Assembly: GCF_000497125.1 (NCBI RefSeq)
Contig: NC_090599.1
Location: 372,001-436,000, forward strand
Length of the DNA stretch: 64,000 bases
From: Spironucleus salmonicida
Taxonomy: Eukaryota
Direction: 5' to 3'
This document shows, piece after piece, positions 53,322 through 64,000 of the stretch. The translations under genes were made by a program, and so were the position numbers. The notes beneath the pieces were generated by a model. That model did not search any database and was not told the DNA's origin. It worked only from the letters and a program-made list of their open reading frames with translations. How positions within the stretch are numbered: position 1 is the first letter of the stretch; the number at the start of each line of letters is the position of its first letter.

Positions 53322-55133
53322 ATGGATGATTTTTATTCTGTCAGAGATGTTCCAACTGAGCCTCTATAAACGAACTCAAAACTTATTACAACATCACCTT
53401 TTTTCAACTAAGAAGATTACATACTATTTATTGTTGCTGGAAAAATGTTGAAAGCTTTTAACCTTATTGAGAAAATTTCTGAACTTGAACTCCCAGAATA
53501 GGCTTTATAAATCATGCCATACTTATTTAATAGATGTAACGCTCTTCTTATAGCATATTCTACTTTTGTAGCAGTTTATATTCCGAGTGGATAAAATATC
53601 ATGGAGGCTTCTCGCTATAACTGTCAACTACCTAAAGTGAACACAAAGGAGCAAGAAATTTTCAATTAGTTCAAGAATTGTGAAGCTACAGCATAAGATA
53701 CTGCGCAAATGCTTGAAGTTATATCACAGGAGCAAAAACTGTCATCTTTGGCACAACGATTTTTAAGCCTTCCAAACCCACCAGAAGACTAACCATAACA
53801 TCCCTAGGATGGTGAAACAAATCTTGGAATCAATCGCGCTCGTCTTTTAGATGGTGTGCAGCAGTTTAAGGACAAAATCACCGCTCTTGCAGTGATTGAT
53901 TGCTCCGATAATACACTCAACACACTTACAGGTAGGTGTATAGTCATAGGTACTGAAAATAGCGTTTTTTAGATCCTTAAATCCGACCTATCCGAGCCAC
54001 AAGTTACTCTCATTCTCGATGAATACCAATCGCCTATTTCGATCTAAATGGAAGGAGTTATCGGCGAATCGAAGTCCAAAAACGATGAAATCAGCATAAA
54101 TACAAATGTTTAAACTATAAACACCACGTCAAACCAATCATGGCGCGCAACAATTTTGACCTAGTAAGGCAGCATTCTCTCTATAAGGAATAACCAAATT
54201 TCGGCCAACAAAATAGAAACGGACTCAATTCCCCGTGCCACTTTCCGTATAGGAAAGTCTATTTTTATGGTCACAAACTCGCCATTCCCGGCGCAGCTTC
54301 AGAGGGTCTCCGTACGTGGTCGAATCGACATGCAGTATGCACTTCCATCACCGTTTATATCACAAATTCCTGTCAATATTGAGCTCGGGAAGCCGTTCAT
54401 AGGATTTATGCTTATTTTGGCACAGAACAAAGTCGTTTTCTGCGCCGAAAATGGCCCTACGAAGTTTTTGCAAATCGATTCAAAATCGCAGCTAAATTCA
54501 TGCTTTATTGGCCGTTTTGGTATTAACGACACCGTTTTCGTTCACCATTTCGAGTCTGGGAGGGTCCAGTACAAACTTTTGAAGAAATCGGCTAATTTGA
54601 CTGTCGAAAGCTAGTAGAAATAGCAGATGAAAGCACCAGTTTTGGACGTTGAGAGCATTGACCGGAACGACAGTCGATTTTAACCCCTTCCTATAGCCGA
54701 GCAAGTTAGCATTTTTAGATAGTTTCTGCCTTCTAGAGCCGCGGCTCGTAATGCGGTTCTGGGTGAGATTTTGTCAAAAACATCGAGTGGTGTTCAGTAG
54801 AAAATCCTGCAAATGGACTTTATCGTACAATGTTCAATTGAGGGGCAAGGGCCGATGTTTTCAGTCGTAGTAGAAATCAAAAATGTGTCAAAGAACATTA
54901 TTGCACCTTCAATCTGCAGTATTGTTAGTTAAGTTTTAGTAGCTGATAAGGCAGCTATCATGATTCCAACGCTGTGTGTGAATGGTAAATCAACTTCTGT
55001 GTTTCTTTTGAAGATGACTGGTGGACCACAGGGGGCTGAAATAGAGGGACATGAGATATAGGTTGAGGTTGGTGATGATGGTTAAAGAGCATTGTGGACA
55101 GGTGTTATTTCTGTTCCTGGGTTTATTTATTGA
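53322..55133 (+). CDS. BBS1: Bardet-Biedl syndrome 1 protein, BBSome subunit (603 aa)
   Basis: CIVIGTEN, GRFGINDTVF...YKLLKKSANL and IEGQGPMFSVVVEIKN match BBS1 motifs (LVLGTEN, GRFGRED, VQGLGP.F). Confidence 0.85.
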
Positions 55134-55250
55134 CCAAATTTGATTTCACTATAATATTAGTTTTCAAGTTTATTATGCTTTTTCTTAAAAGTGTAGCAGA
55201 TATCAACAAGAAAAAGTAATATATAAGGGCTAAAGTACAAATATCACTAA

Positions 55251-56180
55251 TCAATCAATCTGTATCTGCATAACACGGCCATCCATCTTTCCCAATAGTA
55301 CCACATTGTCTTTCCATATAACTTTGCTGGAACTGAGGTTCATGTAACGAATTGCGCAAATCTCTAACTTATCTATACTAATAAGTCTGAACTGTTATCC
55401 TGCAGAATAAAAGATGTACTTACCTTAAGGCTGGATTGAGATACATTTAATGGGGTCTGTAAGATTTTTATAAGAACGAGTTGGCTAAATAGATTTTGTG
55501 TCGAAGTTCAAGTTATTTATTTAATACAAGTCAACCATTCCGGATTTAGTACCAATAACAAGGATATCCCCCATAGTTTCAATATATGTTACAATAGAAG
55601 TGGTAGTAAATGAGAATTTTTACTGGGTTTTAAGGTTAATAAGATGTATATCCATGTTATTTGCTGATATAACATAAGATGATGAAGAGGCTGAGTGAGA
55701 GGGAGAAAATCTTAACTTATAATCAGTTATCGATCTTAATTAATGAATGTCAATTATTGAGACATTGTTACCATTTATTATGATTGCGTTTTCTTCTACT
55801 TTTTTGGCATATGTAACTCGACCAAACGTATTCTTTAGGGTCTTCTAGATCCCTGAGATTATGTTTATTTATATTATTATAGTAGAAAAGAAGAAGTAAA
55901 TATTTTCGTTAAAAAGGAACTAAGATGCTGGTGGTTTCGGTACAATAAATTAACGAATAAACTTTGAATTATTAAAAACTCTAACAGTTAAATCAGATGT
56001 ATAGATACAAACTACATTATTAATGGAATAAATACTTTAAACACTTCCAATCCCATACATTTCTTTATTATAATCTTCAATTACAGATATTTGTGGAATA
56101 AGAGGATTTTTTGATGTCTTAATAATCGCTTGCTACTCTAGAGGTGTATCTGAAGCCCATGATGGTTCTTCGTCGGACAT
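55251..56180 (-). CDS. UTP18-like WD40 SSU-processome protein, reduced (309 aa)
   Basis: EPSWASD at the N-terminus; LVIGTKSGMVDLY...PTRSYKNLTDPIKCI...FRLISI resembles UTP18 (SGVVNIY...NLxT.I...RLV). Confidence 0.65.
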
Positions 56181-56237
56181 TGAAGCGGAAAAAGAAATGA
56201 TTACAATATAAATCAATATAATATTTTGGATAGTGGG

Positions 56238-59200
56238 TCATTCAATTTCCTTATAAAAAGTATGCTCAAATTATGATCCTTTCTTTTAATAAGTCATATA
56301 ATTTGTTGAATAAAAGTCTATAATAAAATCTTAGAGGAATCTCTTGGCTGGAATGAATTTGTCTCTGAATATAAATCCATCAGTGCTTATATAAACATAC
56401 TCAAGAACTGGAGATCTACTAGAACTTAATTTCATAAGATTAAGTCTATTTTATCTGCAGTCTGAGAGATACACTGCCCAATCTGACTTTTTGATACCTA
56501 TTACATCCTACTTTTAAGTATACTTAATAAATTTAGAAGATTATCTAATATTTTCGTACTACTTATAGATTGCTTAAACAAAATTAGATGCAATATCATC
56601 TAAACTTGTAAATGTAAGTCTCTTTTGTTCAATATTTGGAAAATTTTCAAATACATTAATGTATAATCTTTAACTAAGCATCTCCTATCGGATTTATCCA
56701 TTTTCTTGAGGTTTATAATTTGGATCCTCATATATTGTATACATTGAAAATTTATAGTCAAATTAATCTTTTGCAGGTGTTTGAATGCAGACTTAAATCT
56801 TATCATAGCTACCTAGAATAGGAATAAATACACATTTTCTATCTAAATATTTCTCAAAATAAACACCAGCTTCCTTTAATTTTAATTGCTTGAAACTTGA
56901 ATGTTGTATATCTCTTTTAAATTAAATAGCCTAAAAACTTGCTTGCATAAAGTTTTTGTATTAATTAACATAACTAGGCATTTGGATAAATTTCATATGT
57001 TTGCAAAATACTTCACTTGAAAGGTTAGATCCCTTCAAAGTAAAATAGAAGTTATAAAATAATTTAATAATCATTTAAATTTCTTCATAGTTCTAAGGTT
57101 AATCTACGTCAATGATATTAATTTATGAATTGAAGGTTGCTGCTTAATCAATAAAATTCTTCTTGAAAGCTGTTGTTGCGATATTATTCTTAGAGAATAT
57201 ATCTGCCTAATTATATTGATGTTCATTGTCTATAAAGAATTTCTGAGCTTATGACAGAATTGCTGAGACACATTCTAGGTTTGACCTGATATTAATAAAC
57301 TATTAGGAATTCTAGACAAAATAATGAATACCAATAGAATTTAATGATGCTGATTTAAAATAAGTATCAACAAAAAGATCAGTTTCTTAGTTAACTAAAA
57401 GCTAATAAAAGTCAGATAGCTAATATGATAATAAAAGTTTTGTTGTAAATATTTTATATAAATCTTTCTGAAGCAAAGGTTTTGATTAAAATTATAATAG
57501 ATCGTGCTTTTTAAGATATTATGGGTTGAGATTCTACTGTTAAAAAGTAGAAAACCTATTAAATTATTTTGGATTAAACTAAGAAGCACCCAAGGAAGTT
57601 GGTAATAAGTTAAGAGTATTATCTGATATTATTGCTTTGTTGGGCTTAATTGAAGCTTCAGTAGATATTATTTATTCTAATAAAGACGCCCTCCAGATAT
57701 TTTCATGAATATTTGATATAAAGTTTGAAACTTTTAATTTAATATCACCACCATTATCATCTTTTATCATAAAATATGTAATAAGGAAAACTTACGCTTG
57801 TCCAAAATCTACACCGTCTAAATAACAAGTAAAAGAACCATAAAGATCAACATCTTCCTCATTTCCACCATTAGGAATTGAACCTTTAAGCCCTGGAATA
57901 GATAAACACTCAATATCAATAGATGTAGGTCCTTACTAATTTCTATACATATCTCTTTTCATCATTGGTACTTCCACTTTAAATTCTTAAAACCTTGTAA
58001 ATTGTTTTGGATTGAGCATCTTAGATTGAATTAAAAATATTAATTTATCATCTGTTTTAAATGTATCTTAAATATCAAAACTAATATAATTAATAATCAT
58101 ATTGCCATTATGCTTGGAATAATCATCAATATATCTTGATGTCTTAAAAATACAATCTGGATTTACTCTTGATGATTTTGAGAGAATATCTACTTACTTA
58201 AATACTCCATAAATAGTAGTATCAAATTCTGACAAATTTTCTATAATTATTTAAATTTCTTTTCTGAACGTATCCTTCTTAAATACTTCTGCGACAATAC
58301 CAGATTAGATAGCTGATTCTATCTATTATTTAAGGTGAGGATCATGAATATTGAATATACTGGTATTAATATACTTTGAATATTCCTAAATAAAATCATA
58401 CAGGTTGTACATTTCCTCATCATCATCAAGATTTGTGAATTCTTATTTAAAATGTAAATCTTATTAATGTACAATATCACCCGTAGATTTATTGAATAAA
58501 CCTTTAAGTATTGCTGATAACTGATCATAAGAAAAGTTAATTTTTTATTTAAGTTAGAATAATAGTTTAATCTATTCTTTAGAACTCAAAAATACACCAC
58601 ACGTATTCAACTCTTAATTATAAAGATAAAACAAATCAGTTAAATCTTTAACTATTATAGAGTTCGACCCAAAAATTAAATATAATATATCGTATTTTGC
58701 AAATAAGATGCGCTAAGTAAGCTATAGTATTTCGTCTTAAAATAAACTAAACTTGTTATAAAAGATTATTAAATTATTTAACTCTTATAATTCAGTGTAT
58801 TTAGATTCTAACTATTCAAATAAATCTGATTTACAGTATTTCTGTGCGAATAGAATAGCAAAGTAAATAGTTGCAGTTTCTTTTTCTGAAATTTAAACTC
58901 TATCATACAATGATAAGGCATCCAAAATATTATCCTGTATGAATAAACAGCAATAATTTTTATATTTTTTGCCGATCGTAGTTTCTTCATCCACATCTAA
59001 AATACCAAACAATTAATTATCTGTTCCATATTTATTTAATACAGAGCCTATGATAATTTTCCTTGATTCTGGTCCTCCAGATTTTTAAATCTTCGAGTTA
59101 GAAATATTTTTACTGTATTCATAGATATCAATCGAAAATCTTCCTTTAAGAAATTCATTTAATGTATACAAAATTTGTACTGCAGCTGGCTCTGGAAATT

Positions 59201-62200
59201 CTTCATGATATCCAACATTGATAGGAGAAGAATATGGGGATCCTGGGATTGATAAAAATACATCTGGCTAAACAGTTATTGATTTCAATAGGTGTTCATA
59301 ATTTTCCATTGCTTTAGCAATTAGACAATAGTCCTCTTCCTTAAATAGGTCAACAACTAATTCCCCAACAGTACGTTTTTAAAGCTGAGATTAAGCAGAA
59401 TTAAAGATTTCCTATGATAAAATTTGCATTTTCATATAATTATCAAAAGTTGTATGTTTTTCATAGCCAAATTTTTCTTTTAGTTAGTATTAATTGAAAA
59501 TAGAATATTATTTTATTTTTTAGGAGAAATCAATCGACTAATCGCAGATTTACTTATAGGTTAGATTAGATAGACCTTTTTCTTATATTTCTTATTAATC
59601 AAGTAATTAAATCAAATGTTCAGAAGCTAACAATTCTACTAGAATTGATTAAAGTTCTAATTTATTTTATATAAATGATCCATACTTTAATTTATTACGC
59701 TTTTACTCCACATAATCACCAAAAATATTTTTGTTTGTCTGAGACTCAATCTTTGATAAGATATTATTCATTTCTTGTTCTAAAAGTAGAGATGAATCAT
59801 GTATCGATTTTTCTAAAAATTAATCACCATACTATTGCACTGGGAATTACTCATTAATACAAAGTTATATCTCCTATTTCTTATTGAATAGATATAATAA
59901 TCTTTAAATATCCTAAATTTTTAAGAGTTTATCATTTATACATTCAGCAGTCGACATTCTTTAATAAATCTATTGAACTTTTCTAGCCGTTAAACCTGGA
60001 ATAAGTGTAAAAGCATAAATATAATGTGGACTTGCTAAAGGTAAATTAAAATCGTAACTTTTTTTAGAAACAGATAATTGTTATATGAACTAAACCAATG
60101 CGCGCATTTTATACTTAACAGACGAATAAAATTTTTCCTGGTTAGCTAAAATTGGTAAGTAGACTTCTTAATTATCTAATCCTTTGAACGGCATGAACTA
60201 TGGTAAAAATCCAGCGAGGTTCATATTACACAAATTTTCAGGCTAGGCTTCACCTTAAGTTAGCAAGCAAAATATTGCTAGTGGGTCTAATAAATATCTA
60301 CCTGCTTGTATTGCAAGTTAAATGGCAGAGTTATGTTTATTTGTAGTATCTTTGATTTCTGCAGTTTTAAGACCGGTAAATTACAGTTAAGAATATAATA
60401 CTTCATCTGTACTTCTCGTTTTTTAAATTGGAGGTTCTGTTGAAGAATCATAATTCAATAACTATAATTTAAATTTATTTACCATTTATAATCTTTTATC
60501 AGACCATAACTAGTTAAACTGACCAAATTCTTGTTAAATTTCTACACTATCATTGGATATAATAATATTTTTAAGAATATTTTAAATATAATCTTTTGAA
60601 GATTTAACATATGATTCAGCATGCTCTTTGTATGACGAATATAAATCAGTATCTTCAAAAGTTAAATCAAAGTCTACTAAATTTCTAACTTAAAATGGAA
60701 TATCTGATGCTATATCAACTAAAATAATTTTTTGTAGAAATTATGACAATTTTATACGTTTATATATGAAGTCATTCAAAAATAATAGATTTTAACCAAC
60801 AATAAGCTCTTTACCTTTTTTAGGACATGATACATAATTTAAAAATAGATCTTATTAATCAGCAGAAACTAAACCTTCGTCATTATAATATTCTGGAATT
60901 GGTAAGTTCATGTATTTTAATGTATTTTCAAGATTTTTCTTTAACCTCCCAGTATTAAAATCTTTTTAATATACACCTACTGCACAAATTGCATTTTTAG
61001 CCAAGAAGTCCATAAGTGATGCTTCATCAATAATTCTTTATAACTATTTAGTGTTTAGTTCTATAAAAAATGAAGTTACCAAATCGTTAAGTTTCTTTCT
61101 ATCTACTTAACAATCACCACAATCTTATCTATCAACACCAGAGGCTTCTAAAAGCCTAGAAAATGACTCAGTTAGGTATCCATTATCAGCTTTATAAGTT
61201 TATGGGTTAGGTAAACCATTTTCATAGCTTTTTAGAATCAATGAATCAATATATCGTCCATGGGAATCGATAACAACAAATGTAGTCATATTCTATTAAT
61301 TTATCCCATCTACTGCTTCAGTGATTACACTTTATGGCAGAGCTACACAAATACGGAACCCTTTTTATGCTGCTACAAACTCTCTAATTGCATTGGTTGG
61401 TACACTCGTTTCAGGCAAGAATGGTGATGTTAACGTAAGGGATGATGGATCTGTATCCGCTGATTTTTAAAGTTTAAGAGGGTTAAAGCCAGGCTGCTAT
61501 ATTCTAGAATATAAATAATAGAATGCTTATGGATAAGTTGCTACAATCGCATGTTCACATAAAATAGTTGAAAAATATTTAATTGTTTAGTCTTTTATTT
61601 GTTAATTAATTGTTTCGATAAACGTATTACTAAAAACAGAAAATATTTCATTATTAGGAATAAACTAGTTGACAGTCAGAAAGTTCTAATAACTTATGGT
61701 AATTTATTTTGTAGACATAGCAGATTATTATTTTAAAATTTCATTGACAAATAAGAACTACTACTTATTAATACCCCTAGCAAATTATTTATGAAAGAGA
61801 ATAATTGGCTTCTTTGATATAAAAGGAATTACAGAAAATGGATCATGAGGGGAATATGTCTTCTTAACTCTTTAATTCGAATAAAGAAATGATGATTCTG
61901 TGTCAATTGGTTATGTTTCATTGTTAATTTAATCAAATAAAACTTTAACATCGGTAATATCTTCTACACTTTCTATTCTATCATCTGTGACAGTTAATAT
62001 AGTTTATTCTAAACTATAATTAACAGATACGATTGAAAATATAGGATGATATAGTATGATTTTTGACAACTGTTATTATAGCTCTTAATTATTGTTATTA
62101 TGATCAAAGCGTTATGTAAGATTATTATTACGTAAAGTATTACAAATAAAACCTTCTTCCTTAAATTTACGGAAAGACTCTTTCAAACTCAAATCTTCAT

Positions 62201-63866
62201 CTAAACTGTCAACAAGATCAGGGCTCTAGCTAATAAAATGATACATTATATCAACACCCTACTTAAAACTTTCAACAAACAAATAGATCTCTTTTAGTTT
62301 GATATAATCTTTTAATTTAACTAAAAAAGCTTCATACGCTTAACTATCAGTAATAAACTATATATTACCACTCTCCAAATCCTTAAAACTCACAACATTC
62401 TCAATATTTTCACATAAAACAACCAAAAATAATCTCTCAATATTATACTATAACGCTTTTAGCAAGTTTACAATTTATGATTTGAAAATATCATAATTGT
62501 TAATAACATCTAAATCGTCTAAAATCAATTTATCAAGAGAACTATCCAAATAATTCAGCAAAAAGTCATAATTCAGAGTCTCCTTTGAAAAAGCGTAATT
62601 ATCTAAAATTTGAACAAAACTATTTTCAATATCGAGTGAGACTTCTGTAATTTCATAGTTTCTTAAAATTTCTAATATTTTACGCCCAATTACTTATAAA
62701 TCTATCTCTACTTTCTTAATAATAACTTCATCATTTTTGGCTTACACCTCAAGTATTTTAACACGCTTATCAACTTACTAACCAATCAAAAAAGGTAAAA
62801 TATCGATGAAATTTATTTCAGTAATTTCTCCTTTCTAATTTTCGTTAAAGATCGATAAGTTATCTTAATCTGCACTAGTGAAGTAATTTTTAAATTCTAA
62901 ATAAGAAAACTCTGCAGCTTCCCGTCCTTATAATTAACCGGAAACCTAAAGTGCAATTTTTTTCTTTAGTTGGTTACAAAGTATATATAAATTACAGCTT
63001 TGTCCTAAGTGTGTCTTCAAGTTTTTATATTTTTAAGTAAGGTTATCCGCTTCGTCTGAGGTTATATTGTATTTAGAGAATGCTAATTAAATTTCCTGAT
63101 CAAATTCCAGACTACTGGCGTAGAATTTGTAAGTTGAAATAAATATTTTTATCTTTTCAACGTGAATGTTCTCTATAAGAATTTTTCCAACAAAGATAAG
63201 AACATTAAAATATGGTTCTTAATAAATATTCAGCATAATTTATCCTAATAAAGTTACAAATTGATCTTAGAGCAAACGATGCTTAAGTTGAGCTTCAGTT
63301 TATTCATATTAACCTATTACTTACTAAATATTTTAATGTAGATTAGTTGCTTCATTTCTAAGATCATCAGAATCACAAAGAATAAGGTTATTTAAACCAT
63401 CTCTAAGCCTTTAACCAGCCTTAATGATTGATCGGATATAACTACCAATATCATCAATTAGGTTATTAGTAATCGTGATTTACTAAAAATTAAGCTATTT
63501 TTAACACCAATATTGATCTGAACTTATTAGTTACTAGTTCAAAAAGATATTAACAATATCGTTCTTCAATTTTTATTCTTAAATATCAGTCAGGTTTGCG
63601 GAGATACCTCTAGAACTAAAGAATGAGCTTTTCGTATCTACAAATGACTTAACTGATATTTCATGTTAAAAATCAATACCTTTATCAACTTTCTTGACTA
63701 GCTTCTTTTACATAAGCATTTCCTCCACAATATTTAAATATTATGCAGAATTAAATATCTTATCTAAAGTTTAAGTTCTAAATGCTTACTCAATTGGATC
63801 TTAATAATTTCCATCATTTTCATAATTATCTTCATTTTCAGAATGGATTCCAGAAGAATCGGACAT
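56238..63866 (-). CDS. SPT6: transcription elongation factor / histone chaperone SPT6, enlarged (~2542 aa)
   Basis: Acidic N-terminus; YqgF-like KGFRICVAL...FVVIDSHGRYID; LAIQAGRYLLDPL; HhH-like IPGLTARK; SH2-like IQHSSFKQLKLKEA...CVFIP. All are in one frame (spot-checked). Confidence 0.8.
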
Positions 63867-63920
63867 TAAAAGGAATGGTAAAACAAATATTATTTTATAT
63901 TTATAACCATATAATAGATA

Positions 63921-64000
63921 TCATTCAAGCCTTTTTTTCAATGTTTTACTTATATTTTTGCTAATGATAACAGCAAAGTGCTTGTTGCCCTTAACCTACT
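63921..64000 (-). CDS. 3' end of a gene continuing beyond the window
   Basis: ...QVKGNKHFAVIISKNISKTLKKRLE then TGA in a GAATGA context. Confidence 0.45.

Noticed and set aside
4141-63866. Functional cluster of transcription/chromatin genes (SET, RPB1, LENG8-like, ARID, histone fold, SPT6)
   Set aside because: They are scattered over 60 kb among unrelated genes, consistent with chance in a compact genome.
1-64000. rRNA, tRNA, CRISPR arrays, retroelements
   Set aside because: None recognised by eye. Small structured RNAs in the spacers cannot be excluded without covariance-model searches.

Overview
This is eukaryotic, gene-dense and apparently intronless DNA that uses the alternative nuclear code TAA/TAG=Gln, with TGA as the only stop. 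That is why the standard-code ORF track shows only fragments. The code, the very short intergenic spacers, stop-fused AGTGA motifs, a heptad-less RPB1 and bacterial-type anaerobe redox genes point to a Hexamitinae diplomonad, most like Spironucleus (inference). Re-translating by hand gives about 42 CDSs. These include RPB1, SPT6, a SET1-like methyltransferase, eIF3b, BBS1, UTP18-like, TMA16, RNase H2B-like, ARID, a histone-fold protein, a UBL-UBA shuttle, a LENG8/Thp3-like protein, three calmodulin-like proteins, several ciliary coiled-coil proteins, a prokaryote-type M24 peptidase, a HAD hydrolase, a stand-alone flavodoxin and two rubrerythrins. The most striking observation is the rubrerythrin pair. 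The two copies are inverted and nearly identical over 567 nt, but one has a 27-residue N-terminus starting MGCANT, a myristoylation/palmitoylation-type signal readable only in the alternative code. This suggests soluble and membrane-anchored isoforms of a peroxide-detoxifying enzyme, with a flavodoxin next to the soluble copy. All calls are manual translation and motif recognition. No database searches were run, and the longest ORFs were spot-checked rather than read codon by codon.
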